A stretch of 63,865 bases of DNA, filler included. It is 6 parts of 6 records of this genome, joined end to end, with 100 filler letters (N's around TTAATTAATTAA, not from the genome) between each part and the next. Parts side by side here need not be neighbours in the genome. Positions count along the whole stretch, not along the records: positions 27,528 to 35,306 come from SRR31156797_43854; positions 35,407 to 46,461 come from SRR31156797_43883; 4 more parts are not named here. One strand, 5' to 3'. The translations under genes and the position numbers were made by a program. Shown here in pieces: positions 28,820 to 39,230 of this stretch. The notes beneath the pieces are model-generated. The model saw nothing but the letters and a program-made list of their open reading frames with translations. It did no database searches and was not told where the DNA came from. Position 1 is the stretch's first letter. Every line of letters begins with the position of its first letter.

Positions 28820-29752
28820 CAAATGGTCCCACATGGATTTGGCCGCCTGTTGCCCCCTGTTTTCTCCGGTTCCACCGTATTCATGGATCTCCCCGGGGGG
28901 AATATACCCCCCGCCACCCTTCAAGCGGGCGATTCGATCCGCAAGCGGCGGGTGCGTGGAAAACAGGTTCGCCATCTTTCGGCCGGACAGGGGATTGACA
29001 ATGAACATATGGGCTGTCGCGGGTTGGGCCTTCATGGGAATCTGTCTGGAATAAGCGCCCAGTTTGCCCAGTGCATTTGCCAAGCCCTCCGGATTTCCCG
29101 CAAGCTGTGCCCCCGTGGCGTCGGCCAGGTATTCCCGTGAACGACTGATGGCCATCTGGATCAGCATGGCCGCAATGGGCGCCAGGATAGACATGGCAAT
29201 GAGGCCGATCACTCCCATGCCGCCCCCTTCCTCATCCTGATTTCCACCTCCGAAAAAGGCGGACCAACGTGCCATTGATGCAATGATCATAATGGCGCCC
29301 GCCATGGTGGCGGCGATGGAGCCGATGAGAATATCCCTATTCTTAATGTGACTCATTTCATGGGCCAGTACACCGGTGGCCTCTTCGTTGTTCATGGTCC
29401 GAAGTAGCCCTTCGGTGACCGCAATCACGGCGTGCTCCGGATCCCGGCCCGTGGCAAAGGCGTTGGGAGAGTCGTCGGGAATGATGTAAACCCGCGGCAT
29501 GGGGAGCCCGGCGTTCCGGGCCAGACGGCTCACCGCATGAAACAGGGTTGGAAAATCTTGCGGATTCACCTCTCTTGCCCGGTACATGCGGAGCACCATC
29601 TTGTCCGAATACCAGTAACTGAAAAAATTCATGCCCATTGCCAGCACAAAGGCCAATATCATCCCCTGTTTGCCGCCGAAAAGACCGCCGATAAAGACGA
29701 TAAGGGCGGTCATGAGGCCCAGCAAAAAGGTCGTTTTCATCCAGTTTCCCAT
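28811..29752 (-). CDS. htpX: Zinc metalloprotease HtpX
   Basis: [27 protein letters not shown]. Confidence 0.96.
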   Translation of the reverse strand: MGNWMKTTFLLGLMTALIVFIGGLFGGKQGMILAFVLAMGMNFFSYWYSDKMVLRMYRAREVNPQDFPTLFHAVSRLARNAGLPMPRVYIIPDDSPNAFATGRDPEHAVIAVTEGLLRTMNNEEATGVLAHEMSHIKNRDILIGSIAATMAGAIMIIASMARWSAFFGGGNQDEEGGGMGVIGLIAMSILAPIAAMLIQMAISRSREYLADATGAQLAGNPEGLANALGKLGAYSRQIPMKAQPATAHMFIVNPLSGRKMANLFSTHPPLADRIARLKGGGGYIPPGEIHEYGGTGENRGQQAAKSMWDHLSK

Positions 29753-29936
29753 TTCGTTAATCCTCCCTTGGGGGCAGACTCGATTTTTTCCAACTTGTCA
29801 TCACCAATATAAAGCGAATAATCTTCCAAAATCATCGCCTCACATTTCTTTTAACCGTGAACCGGCAACTGTCAACGGCAAACTTCTCCAAAAAACATAA
29901 GAATAGGAATTTGGGTAGTCAAGACAACAGGGCGAC

Positions 29937-30488
29937 CTAAATGGCAGGCGCATACTCCATAAAATATCGGTAAAAGGCAGCGAGCACCAGGGAATGGGTG
30001 ATCTCTCCTTTTTGAATCATGCCCGGGATCTCGGCAAGGGGTCTGAGAACCACCTGAATATCTTCCTTATCATCCTGGTCCTGTTTGCCGGACAGAACTA
30101 CATTTTTTGCCAGATAGGTATAACAGGCATTGTTCTGTATGGCCGGGTTGGGATGGACGGTACCCAGGAGAATAATTTCCGAAGCCCCATAGCCGGTTTC
30201 TTCCATCAACTCCCTTGCAGCAGCCCCTTCCGGTGAATCGGATGCCTCCACGAGACCACCGGGAATTTCCAGTGTGACGCTCTGTGTACCGTGGCGGTAC
30301 TGTTTTACCAGCACCACTTCCTTTTGAGCAGTCAGGGGAATGACGTTGACCCAGGGTGTGGATTCAATGATGAAAAAATGATGTTCTTTTCCTGTGCGGG
30401 GTGAAATGGCCAGGTCCGTACGCAGATTAAAGACGCGATAGCTCTTGTCCTTTGTACTGGATACGATTTGCCATGGTTTTGGACCCAT
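29937..30488 (-). CDS. NUDIX hydrolase (ADP-ribose pyrophosphatase-like)
   Basis: EIPGGLVE...AARELMEETG Nudix box; QYRH. Confidence 0.92.
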   Translation of the reverse strand: MGPKPWQIVSSTKDKSYRVFNLRTDLAISPRTGKEHHFFIIESTPWVNVIPLTAQKEVVLVKQYRHGTQSVTLEIPGGLVEASDSPEGAAARELMEETGYGASEIILLGTVHPNPAIQNNACYTYLAKNVVLSGKQDQDDKEDIQVVLRPLAEIPGMIQKGEITHSLVLAAFYRYFMEYAPAI

Positions 30489-30490
30489 AT

Positions 30491-32428
30491 TCAATGCTCC
30501 TCATAAGATTCGAAAAACCGATCGATTTCCGTCACGTGGTGAATAAGCGGAATGGGGGGGAGACTTTTCAAAAACATGCCGCCATACCGGCTTGTCACAA
30601 TCCTTTTGTCCAGAATGGCCATTATCCCCCGATCCGACGCCTTTCGAATCAATCGCCCCAACCCCTGTTTCAGGGAAATAATGGCAGAGGGAACCTGATA
30701 ATCCATAAAAGGGTTCCCGCCACCCTCCCGTATGGCTTCGATCCTGGCGGCAACCAGGGGATCGCCGGGGGAGGCAAAGGGCAATTTATCGATAATGAGG
30801 CAGCTTAACGCCTCACCCGGTACGTCTACGCCCTGCCAGAAAGATCCCGTGGCCAGAAGGACCGACTGAATATCCTTTTTGAATTTTTCAAGGAGGATGG
30901 ATCTGGGCCCATCCCCCTGCTTGAAAACCGCATAAGGGAGTTGACCCGCGATGGCTTCGTAAACCCTGTTCAGGTTGAAATGGCTGGTAAACAGGACCAG
31001 TGCCCGACCCTTTGATTTTGCAAGAATCCGCATGATTTCGCCGGCCGCTTCAACGGGGAAGTGGGGGTCATTGGGTGCCGGAAGGTTCTTGGGCAGATAA
31101 AGCAGTGTCTGAATTTCAAAATCGAAATGGGATGCATGAAGGCCTTCAAGGGTCTCTTCCGGAAGACCCAGGCGGCCTCTGATGTAATCGAATTTGTTGT
31201 TGGTGGAGAGGGTGGCGGATGTCAATACCACGGAATGTACTTTTTCATAGAGGAACCGGTTCATGGAACCCGACACATCGAGGGGGGACGCATGAAGTAC
31301 CAGGCTTCGCTTTCTTCTTTCATACCAGTTCAGCCAGGTATCATCCTTCTTGCTGACAACCTGCTCCATCCGGTGATCCAGATCTCCCGCGCGTTCCAGG
31401 AGCGACGCCCACTGTAAATCATTTATTTTCTTAAGGGCCGGCAATCTGGAAAAGGCCTCAAGGCCGCGGCGAATTTCACGGGCCGAACCATTTCTGATGT
31501 GGGAAAGGGTTTTCGGGTCAATCCGTCCTTTATTTTCAGAAACATCAAAAAGAGCCTTCAAGACCTCCGTTGCCCCTCTTATGTCATCCAGAGATTTCCC
31601 GGCGCCACCCCTTTCTTCGGGGGAGAGGGTCTTGATGTGTTTTTCCAGTTCGTTTGCAAATTCCGTAATCTGGCGGGTGCTGATGCTTTCTCCGAAATGG
31701 GTGGTGGCAATTTCCTCTATGGTGTGGGCCTCATCGAAAACCGCCACCTGAAATCGGGGTATGATTTCACCAAAACCCCCTTTTTTAACTTTCATGTCTG
31801 CAAAAAAGAGGTGATGGTTAACGATGATAAGCCTGGCCCTGGCCGCCCTGCTGCGCAGTTTTGCCAGAAAGCAATCGTCCAGGAACATGCAATCCAGGCC
31901 GATGCATTGATCGGACGATGCGGAGAGTGCATCCCAGAGGGGATCATCATCGGCCAGCCACCCCAGTTCTCCACGGTCCCCGAATGGGGTTGATTCAAGC
32001 CATCCCTCAATCCTTTCCCGTGCTTCGGAGAGGGCCGTATTCAAAAGGGATTGCTGCTGAAAGTGCTGGTGATATTTGTGCAAACAGAGGTAGTTTTTTC
32101 GACCCTTCATGATCATGGCGTCTATTTTCAGGCCCGTGGCTTTTTTGAGAAGAGGGATGTCCTTTTTATAGATCTGCTCTTGAAGGTTTTTGGTGCCGGT
32201 TGAAACAACGGTTTTTTTCCCGCTCAGTAAAACCGGAACGAGATACCCGAATGTTTTCCCTGTACCCGTTCCCGCCTCTACAATGGCGGAGGATCGTTCA
32301 TGGAGGGCTTTTTCGATGAGACGTGCCATTTCCAACTGAGAGGGGCGGGGTTCAAAGCCCTGAAGGTGCCGGCGCAGCAGACCTTCCGGCCCCAGAATAT
32401 CTTTACTGGTGAGGGATATCTGAATCAT
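30491..32428 (-). CDS. DinG/YoaA-family ATP-dependent DNA helicase
   Basis: EAGTGTGKT, Fe-S cysteines, DEAH, TSAT, GVDVPG, QGLGRLIR. Confidence 0.95.
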   Translation of the reverse strand: MIQISLTSKDILGPEGLLRRHLQGFEPRPSQLEMARLIEKALHERSSAIVEAGTGTGKTFGYLVPVLLSGKKTVVSTGTKNLQEQIYKKDIPLLKKATGLKIDAMIMKGRKNYLCLHKYHQHFQQQSLLNTALSEARERIEGWLESTPFGDRGELGWLADDDPLWDALSASSDQCIGLDCMFLDDCFLAKLRSRAARARLIIVNHHLFFADMKVKKGGFGEIIPRFQVAVFDEAHTIEEIATTHFGESISTRQITEFANELEKHIKTLSPEERGGAGKSLDDIRGATEVLKALFDVSENKGRIDPKTLSHIRNGSAREIRRGLEAFSRLPALKKINDLQWASLLERAGDLDHRMEQVVSKKDDTWLNWYERRKRSLVLHASPLDVSGSMNRFLYEKVHSVVLTSATLSTNNKFDYIRGRLGLPEETLEGLHASHFDFEIQTLLYLPKNLPAPNDPHFPVEAAGEIMRILAKSKGRALVLFTSHFNLNRVYEAIAGQLPYAVFKQGDGPRSILLEKFKKDIQSVLLATGSFWQGVDVPGEALSCLIIDKLPFASPGDPLVAARIEAIREGGGNPFMDYQVPSAIISLKQGLGRLIRKASDRGIMAILDKRIVTSRYGGMFLKSLPPIPLIHHVTEIDRFFESYEEH

Positions 32429-32788
32429 GGGGCAAATATAGTGGCTGGAAAGTGAAGGCGTCAATGGAAAAGGGTATAATGAAAGAGAAAGAAAAATCTT
32501 GACGCCAAAAATAGGCCACGGCGCTTCCATATGTGAATCACCTGATGGCAGCGGACAGCCTGCAAAGTCTCAAAAGAATTGGGCGACCCCTTTCACCGGT
32601 GATGGGGCACTGGAACAAGATTTTGACGGTTGAAAGAATTTTTGACGATTATTGAAAACCACAGGGGGCTTGGGAATGCCCTTGTAAATACTTGTTATAA
32701 CCATTAAATAAAAATTAATCGGCATATTCTGTTTTTCTTGCACGGTTATTGCATTGGTTTCTTCATCAAATCAGCGAGGAGATTACCC

Positions 32789-33085
32789 ATGATAACGACG
32801 AAAAGCATGTCAGGAACAGAATCTAATTTGAACCTTGTTAACAGGCAACTAAACCAACCCAACCAAAGCGCAGGATCCGATTCCGTGGGCATCAATGATA
32901 CCATTTTGAAAGGATCTGATAAGGTAACGCTGAGTGAAACCATTCTGAGAAAACCGCTAACAATAGGCGATGATATGAATCAACAGGATGCCATATCCCT
33001 TTCCCTGTTGGTTGCCGAGGGTCTGAAAAAGCTCTCTTTCGGAATATCCAGCCGGGCGGGCGTGGATGTCCTCAGAAGCTTTTAG
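32789..33085 (+). CDS. Hypothetical protein (FlgM-like DKVTLS motif)
   Basis: GAGGAG RBS; low-complexity N-terminus with SDKVTLS. Confidence 0.55.
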   Translation: MITTKSMSGTESNLNLVNRQLNQPNQSAGSDSVGINDTILKGSDKVTLSETILRKPLTIGDDMNQQDAISLSLLVAEGLKKLSFGISSRAGVDVLRSF

Positions 33086-33122
33086 AAAAATCTAACCTTG
33101 CATTCGAGATGTGAGAAAAAAC

Positions 33123-33149
33123 TAAAGTTACTGTTATTTCTGCCGATAT
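33123..33149 (+). promoter_or_regulatory. Sigma28 (FliA) promoter
   Basis: TAAA-N15-GCCGATAT (TAAAGTT...GCCGATAT). Confidence 0.8.
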
Positions 33150-33207
33150 TAAAATTAAGTGCAACAAGGTTTTAAAAAATCTGATTTCAGCGCTTCGGTG
33201 GAATATA

Positions 33208-33375
33208 ATGGAAAAAGCAAAAAGAGTCCAAGAGATCCTGGAGATAATGAGGGACGATCAGCGATGCTTCGATAAGACGTTTGTTGAAATAAAAGCGCAG
33301 GCAACAGGGTTTTCGAAGCGGAGCGGCGTGACGAGAAAGGAATACGGAAATTTCACATTTATTAAGTGTCGGTGA
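33208..33375 (+). CDS. Small hypothetical protein (55 aa)
   Basis: MEKAKRVQEILEIMRDDQRCFDKTFVEIKAQATGFSKRSGVTRKEYGNFTFIKCR; just downstream of the sigma28 promoter; below the ORF-track cutoff. Confidence 0.5.
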   Translation: MEKAKRVQEILEIMRDDQRCFDKTFVEIKAQATGFSKRSGVTRKEYGNFTFIKCR

Positions 33376-33691
33376 TCAACTTTAACACCGAATAAATAGC
33401 CGGGTGAAGGATAAATCCTTTACAAAGGTTACATTTAAAAAGAGAAAGTTAAAACGGCACTTAATTGGCAGGTTTCTCGAATGTGCGTGCATCTTTTTCA
33501 ATGGAAAAATTAACGGCATTTTGGGAAACTTTAACAAGCATATCGTTGGTATTTAACGAAATATGAAACCCCTTTTCATTTTTTCTTCCTCAAGAAAGGC
33601 AGGGTCCAATAAAGGCCCTGCCTTTCCTTGTTCCATCTCAAAAAAACCATGAGATTTCGGCGTGGGTTTTCTCTTTTTTGGAGCATAAGAT

Positions 33692-34786
33692 ATGATAAAT
33701 TTTCTCAGGAAAAAAAAGGGGGCATCCCATGGAAAAAACCTATCCTCGGAGTTCCCCTGGGGGAACCGGGAAGCTCAGCTTTTCCTCCCGGAATTCATCG
33801 GAACACTGCTGTCGTTTCTCAAGGATTTTTCCTTGGATGCAAAGGAGTTGAATACCGAGGAATTCAGGCGGTTAGTGAAAGAGCTTTCCGAAAAAATAAA
33901 GACCGGTCAAAAATTAAAGGACATGCGATCATTTTTCGAGAAAAATAGAAAAATGATGCAGCTTTTCATCAAGAAACAGAATCATTACCTGTTCGCCAAG
34001 GAAACGGAATTTAAGGAAATGATTGATCTGCTGACCCATGCCATGGCGAAAATCAGTGTGGACAACAGTGATTTTTCCGAAAAGATGCTGGAACAAAGCA
34101 CCAAAATTGAACACGCAACAACCCTGAGCGATATCAAGGAAATGAAAAGCGCCCTGAAAAAAGTGGTCGCGGAGGTGCGGAAAAGGGTTCACGAGAAGCA
34201 GTCCAGGGAAAGTAAACAAATCGAGATCCTTTCGAAAAAGGTAAAAACCCTTTCCGGAGAACTGGAAAATGCGGAGAAGGGGACCTTGAGAGATGGTTTG
34301 ACGGGCATTTACAACTTCAATGTTTTTGAAAAGTATATCAGACAGGCCGTACAGAGAAATACCGATGAGCATGGAACCTTTTCAATGTTGGCCTTGGATA
34401 TTGACGAGTTCAACAAGATAATAGAAAACTATGGGCGCAAACTGAGTGATCGGGTTGTACTGGCCATCGCGGAAAAATGCCGGGGATTTCTAAAACCGAA
34501 CGATTTTCTGGCGCGCTACAAAGGGGGGGTTTTTATCATAATCCTTCCCGACGAATCCCTGAGGAAGGCCGCCAAACGGGCAAAACAATTTTGCAAAAGC
34601 GTTTCCAAGAGCAAATATACATTGGGAGATATGCAAAGCGAACATGTTCTTTCATTCACGATTTCCTCAGGCGTGACCCGGTTTATAAACGGAGAAACCG
34701 CGGGAGCAGTGACACGCCGTACCCTTGAGGCTCTTCATGCTGCAAAAAAAGCAGGTGGCAACAGGGTCGTCACGAAGAAACATTGA
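33692..34786 (+). CDS. Coiled-coil + degenerate GGDEF domain protein
   Basis: RDGLTGIYN, DIDEF, ARYKGGVF in place of RxGGDEF, AKKAGGNRV. Confidence 0.88.
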   Translation: MINFLRKKKGASHGKNLSSEFPWGNREAQLFLPEFIGTLLSFLKDFSLDAKELNTEEFRRLVKELSEKIKTGQKLKDMRSFFEKNRKMMQLFIKKQNHYLFAKETEFKEMIDLLTHAMAKISVDNSDFSEKMLEQSTKIEHATTLSDIKEMKSALKKVVAEVRKRVHEKQSRESKQIEILSKKVKTLSGELENAEKGTLRDGLTGIYNFNVFEKYIRQAVQRNTDEHGTFSMLALDIDEFNKIIENYGRKLSDRVVLAIAEKCRGFLKPNDFLARYKGGVFIIILPDESLRKAAKRAKQFCKSVSKSKYTLGDMQSEHVLSFTISSGVTRFINGETAGAVTRRTLEALHAAKKAGGNRVVTKKH

Positions 34787-34837
34787 GCCCACTGGCCAAC
34801 TGTCTCATACACCATGTAAACGGTTCTAATTTCATAA

Positions 34838-34874
34838 AAAAAGCATCTTCTCCTTCCCGGGAAAAAATGCTTTT
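34838..34874. terminator. Probable bidirectional terminator
   Basis: AAAAGCAT...ATGCTTTT imperfect stem between convergent genes. Confidence 0.5.
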
Positions 34875-34900
34875 CGTGGTTAAATATCTATTTTAGTGGA

Positions 34901-35101
34901 TCAAAGTTTGACGACGTTCTTGGCCTTCAGGCCGCGATCGCTCTCCTCAATTTCAAAACTCACTCGGTCGCCCTCGTTAAGGGTTTTAAATCCGGGCATG
35001 TCAATGCCGGTATGATGAACAAACAGATCCTGTCCATCTTCCTGGGAAATAAAACCAAATCCTTTTCGGTCGCTAAACCATTTTACAGCGCCTTCTCCCA
35101 A
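34901..35101 (-). CDS. csp: Cold-shock protein
   Basis: VKWF, KGFGFI (RNP1), LFVH (RNP2); TTG start with GGAGG RBS. Confidence 0.95.
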   Translation of the reverse strand: MGEGAVKWFSDRKGFGFISQEDGQDLFVHHTGIDMPGFKTLNEGDRVSFEIEESDRGLKAKNVVKL

Positions 35102-35306
35102 AGTCTTGACCTCCTTGATCTAAAGATTCATGAGATTTCATGGGCCGAATCAAACGATTCAGAAAAAGCTTTTTCAAAATCACTCAATCCGCACATGCTG
35201 CACCATTAATGCGGATGGTATTACAGGGGTTTTGACGGGTCAAGAAAAAAATGGGCTTATAGTGATGCCTGCTTAACTAGTGCCCATCCACAAATGGCCA
35301 ATTTGC

Positions 35307-35406
35307 NNNNNNNNNNNNNNNNNNNNNNNNNNNNNNNNNNNNNNNNNNNNTTAATTAATTAANNNNNNNNNNNNNNNNNNNNNNNNNNNNNNNNNNNNNN
35401 NNNNNN
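35307..35406. other. Contig-join spacer
   Basis: N44-TTAATTAATTAA-N44. Confidence 0.98.
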
Positions 35407-35408
35407 CC

Positions 35409-36314
35409 AAAAAAGAGGCGAGGGCAAGGGTGGATCTGGTGCTGCTCCCCAAGATCGAGCAGGAGACCATCGCCCGGGGAGACGTATTCAGGGATATTGT
35501 TGATATGGATGCCATCTGTCATGTGGTCAGGGCCTTTGAGGACGAGGCGGTTTACCATGCCGAGGGGTCGGTGGACGCCCTCCGGGACGCGGAAATGGTC
35601 AACCAGGAGCTGATCATCCACGATCAGATCTTTGTTGAAAAGCGGATCGCCCGGATCAGGGAGATGGTAAAGAAAATCAAGGATGAGGAGCAGTTGAGGG
35701 AGCTTGCCCTCATGGAAAAGATGCTCGCCCATCTGGAGCAGGAAAAGCCGTTGCGGCTCATGGAGATCTCGCCGGAGGATGAGCTGTTGATCCGCAGTTA
35801 CCCGTTTATTACCCGTAAGGAGATGATCCTTGTCCTCAATGTCTCAGAGGAGGCACTCAACGAGACCTCCCTGCTTTCGCGCCTCGAGGCGTTGTGCCGT
35901 CCCCACGGGATGGCGGCCATGCAGGTCTCGGCCAAGGTGGAATCTGAGATCGCCCTGCTTGACCTTGAAGAGGAAAAGCAGGAGTTCCTGCAGGACCTGG
36001 GCATTGAAGAGACCGCCCTGGGCCTGTTGACCCGGCTTTGCCTCAAGGCCCTGGGCCTGGTGTCGTTTTTCACCGTTGGCGAGGATGAGGTGCGGCAGTG
36101 GCTGGTGAGGGAGGGATCGCCTGCTCCCAGGGCGGCCGGGGTGATCCATTCGGACCTGGAGCGGGGCTTTATCCGGGCCGAGGTGATCAAGTATGACGAG
36201 CTCATGGCATTCGGGTCCGAGGCGGAGCTCAAAAAGGCGGGCAAGCTCTACCTCCAGGGAAAGGATTACGTGGTGGTTGACGGGGATATCCTTAACATAC
36301 GGTTCAAGGTGTAG
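35409..36314 (+). CDS. ychF: YchF ribosome-binding ATPase (5' truncated)
   Basis: HVVRAF, FFTVGEDEVRQW, AGVIHSDLERGFIRAEV, GKDYVVVDGD. Confidence 0.93.
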   Translation, partial: KKEARARVDLVLLPKIEQETIARGDVFRDIVDMDAICHVVRAFEDEAVYHAEGSVDALRDAEMVNQELIIHDQIFVEKRIARIREMVKKIKDEEQLRELALMEKMLAHLEQEKPLRLMEISPEDELLIRSYPFITRKEMILVLNVSEEALNETSLLSRLEALCRPHGMAAMQVSAKVESEIALLDLEEEKQEFLQDLGIEETALGLLTRLCLKALGLVSFFTVGEDEVRQWLVREGSPAPRAAGVIHSDLERGFIRAEVIKYDELMAFGSEAELKKAGKLYLQGKDYVVVDGDILNIRFKV

Positions 36315-36322
36315 GGGGAATC

Positions 36323-37141
36323 ATGGTCAAGATACGCTGGACAGGGGCGGCGGGCCTGGATATTTTCCTTGACGGGCGAAGTTTTCTGCTGGATCCCTAT
36401 GTGTCCCGGCCCAACAAGTTCTCTATTTTTTTCAAGGCCCTTGTTTCCGACAAGCGGGCGGTGCAATCCTTTGTGCAGGGCCGGAACGGCAGGATCGCTG
36501 GCATGATTGCCGGTCATACCCATTTCGACCATGTGCTTGATATCCCCGGGATGCTTCCCTTTTGCCGGGGACCTGTGGTGGGAAGCAAAAGCCTGGACAC
36601 CCTGTTGACCCGCAATGGCCTGAAACACAGGGTGAGGGTCTGCAAAGGGGGGGAGACCGTTCCCCTTGACCATGATATCTCGGTCACCATGATTCCGTCC
36701 GCCCACGGCAGGGTGATGATGGGACGGGTTCCCTGGCCCGGCGAGATCGACGGGGCTGCCCGGCTTCCCATGAAAGCCAGGGGATACGGGTTGGGGGCCA
36801 TGTTCATGCCTAAGGTTGTGATCAACGGTATCACCATTCTCCATGCCGGCAGCGCAGGGGTTGACTGGCGTGCCATGGAAGGTCACACCTGTGATGTGCT
36901 GTTCATGTGCGTTCCCGGCTGGCAGCGCTCGCCGGGCTATGTCACACGGTTTCCCCGGATGGTGGACCCGAAGATCATCGTTCCCTTTCACTATGACGAT
37001 TTCACCCGTCCTCTGGGGCCGGGCCCTGGTTTTCCGGTCCTGTCCCGCCTTGATATGGACGGGTTTGTCCGCGCCGTGTCCCAGAGCTGCCCCACAGCCG
37101 ACATGGTGTTTTTGAACCCAAACGAGGGGCTTGAGATTTGA
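36323..37141 (+). CDS. Metallo-beta-lactamase-fold hydrolase
   Basis: LLDPY, HTHFDH, PFHYD. Confidence 0.88.
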   Translation: MVKIRWTGAAGLDIFLDGRSFLLDPYVSRPNKFSIFFKALVSDKRAVQSFVQGRNGRIAGMIAGHTHFDHVLDIPGMLPFCRGPVVGSKSLDTLLTRNGLKHRVRVCKGGETVPLDHDISVTMIPSAHGRVMMGRVPWPGEIDGAARLPMKARGYGLGAMFMPKVVINGITILHAGSAGVDWRAMEGHTCDVLFMCVPGWQRSPGYVTRFPRMVDPKIIVPFHYDDFTRPLGPGPGFPVLSRLDMDGFVRAVSQSCPTADMVFLNPNEGLEI

Positions 37142-37144
37142 TCC

Positions 37145-38635
37145 ATGGATCGTTATGACACAAGGTTATTCTGCCACGACCTTCCCACCGAGCCCGATAC
37201 TTCCATGGGCACGGTGCTGGTCACCGGCGCCACCGGCTATATCGGGGGGCGGCTGGTCACGGAGCTGATGGCCAGGGGCTATCGGGTCCGCATCATGGTG
37301 AGGGTGCATTCCGACGATCACCGGGAACGGTGGCCGGATGCGGAGATCGTGGTCGGGGACGCCCTGAGCGTTCCCTGTCTCAATGATGCCCTCAAGGGGG
37401 TTCACACGGCCTTTTACCTGATCCACTCCCTGCTCCTTGGGCCGGAGGACCTGGAGGCCGTGGAGATCATGGCCGCCGTTAATTTCAGGGAGGCCGCTGA
37501 AAATCAGGGCGTGGAACGGATCATCTACCTTGGCGGGCTGGGGGATTCCCGGGATGCCCTTTCCCGGCACCTGAGGAGCCGGAACCAGGTGGGGGTGGAG
37601 CTGCAGAAGGGCAGGGTGCCGGTGACCGTCCTGCGGGCCGCCATCATCGTGGGGTCGGGCTCTGCCTCCTATGAGATCATCAAGTCCCTTGTCCAGGATG
37701 CCCCCCTGGTGCTCATGCCCTCCTGGACCCGGACAAAGTGCCAGCCCCTGGGGATCCGGGACGTGATCAAATATCTGGTGGGGGTGCTGGAAACCCCTGA
37801 AACCGGGGGCCGTTCCTTTGATATCGGGGGCCCGGACATCCTGACCTACGGTGATATGATGCGGATCATGGCAGAGATCCTGAACAGAAACCAGTGGTTT
37901 GTTCCGTCTCCCATCCGGAGCGTGGGCTTCAACGCTTACCTTGTGAGCCTGATGACCCCGGTGCCGGCCACCATCACCTCCTGTCTCCTGGAAGGGATCG
38001 TCAACGAGGTGGTGTGCCATGACCATCTTATCCGTGAGGTGATCCGTTTCGACCTGGTGCCCTACCGGGAGGCCCTGAAACGGGCCCTTGCCAGGGAGGA
38101 TCTCCAAACCGTCGACACCCGGTGGTCCGATGCCTATCCCAGGGATTACTCCCTGGCCCCAAAGCTGGAACATCTGCCCCGGCCGCCCCTCTATATCTGT
38201 TCTTACTCCATTAAAAGCGCTAAGCCGGCCCGGGATATTTTCCGTTCCGTGTGTCGGATCGGCGGGGACAGGGGGTGGTTCAACAGTAACCTGCTCTGGA
38301 AGCTTCGGGGAATGGGGGACCGGATGTTGTTCGGGGTGGGCACCTCCAGGGGACGGAAGCGCTCCGGGGAGTTGAGGCTCAACGATGTGATCGATTTCTG
38401 GCGGGTGGAGCGCATCACCTATGACGAGCACCTGCTGCTGCGGGCCGAGATGCAGGTGCCGGGTTTTGCCTGGCTCGAATTCACGGTCAAGCCCAAGGGG
38501 ATCGGGAATGTTCTGACCGTGACCGCCTATTTTCATCCCAGGGGGGTCTGGGGCAAGCTATACTGGTACGTTTTTCTGCCCTTTCATCACTTTATCTTCA
38601 CCGATCTCATCGAGCAGATCGAGGCGGTCAGCTGA
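37145..38635 (+). CDS. NAD(P)-binding SDR + DUF2867 (YbjT-like)
   Basis: TGATGYIG, YLIHS, HLRSR, GSGSASYE, IGG..GW, AEMQVPG, G.WGKLYWY. Confidence 0.88.
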   Translation: MDRYDTRLFCHDLPTEPDTSMGTVLVTGATGYIGGRLVTELMARGYRVRIMVRVHSDDHRERWPDAEIVVGDALSVPCLNDALKGVHTAFYLIHSLLLGPEDLEAVEIMAAVNFREAAENQGVERIIYLGGLGDSRDALSRHLRSRNQVGVELQKGRVPVTVLRAAIIVGSGSASYEIIKSLVQDAPLVLMPSWTRTKCQPLGIRDVIKYLVGVLETPETGGRSFDIGGPDILTYGDMMRIMAEILNRNQWFVPSPIRSVGFNAYLVSLMTPVPATITSCLLEGIVNEVVCHDHLIREVIRFDLVPYREALKRALAREDLQTVDTRWSDAYPRDYSLAPKLEHLPRPPLYICSYSIKSAKPARDIFRSVCRIGGDRGWFNSNLLWKLRGMGDRMLFGVGTSRGRKRSGELRLNDVIDFWRVERITYDEHLLLRAEMQVPGFAWLEFTVKPKGIGNVLTVTAYFHPRGVWGKLYWYVFLPFHHFIFTDLIEQIEAVS

Positions 38636-38654
38636 TTCAGTGGTCCAATACGAA

Positions 38655-38697
38655 AAAAAGGATCGAATCCGGGTTTTGACCGGATTCGGTCCTTTTT
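38655..38697. terminator. Bidirectional Rho-independent terminator
   Basis: AAAAAGGATCGAATCCGG-loop-CCGGATTCGGTCCTTTTT between convergent genes. Confidence 0.85.
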
Positions 38698-38715
38698 ATT
38701 TCAGGGCAGGGGGGA

Positions 38716-39123
38716 TCAGGAGGCCTTGGCGGCCTTGTAGGCGTCGTTCAGCCGCTCCTTAATATATGCCACGCCCTGTTCGTCATACTCGTCAAGGTCG
38801 AAGCAGTAGCCGTCCGATCCCAGCAGGCCTTCGGGGATGAGGTCCCCTTCTTCGTCCGGATCGGTGACCATGTCTCCGTAGAAGCAGACCGACAGCCAGC
38901 GGGCGGAGGGATCGTCATCGATCACATCGGCCATGGCAAACAGGGTGCGCTCGGTCTGGTTTGCGTGTTTGGGCCGCAGGGAGTAGCTGACCCCGGGCCG
39001 TGCGACAAATTCAACGGTGACGCCTTCCATGGCCATGATGTGCTCCTTGAGCTCCATAAAGGCCTGTTTGGTTCGGGTGTCGGTCTCTTCCCAGGTTTCC
39101 AGGAATGCATCAATCTCTTTCAT
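38716..39123 (-). CDS. Hypothetical protein
   Basis: 135-aa acidic ORF with GAGG RBS. Confidence 0.7.
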   Translation of the reverse strand: MKEIDAFLETWEETDTRTKQAFMELKEHIMAMEGVTVEFVARPGVSYSLRPKHANQTERTLFAMADVIDDDPSARWLSVCFYGDMVTDPDEEGDLIPEGLLGSDGYCFDLDEYDEQGVAYIKERLNDAYKAAKAS

Positions 39124-39230
39124 GGTGATCCTCTCTTAATTCGGTTGTGTGGTTGAACGTCAGAATCCGGTATTATCGTTCCTCGATATGATCCGGTCCC
39201 AATTGAAGTGAAAACTGCGATGGCAAGGGA

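Noticed and set aside
32738-32753. Sigma54-like site TTGCAC-GGTTA-TTGCA
   Set aside because: Lacks the invariant GG at -25/-24; not called.
37166-38536. 456-aa minus-strand ORF
   Set aside because: Antisense shadow of the SDR-DUF2867 gene.
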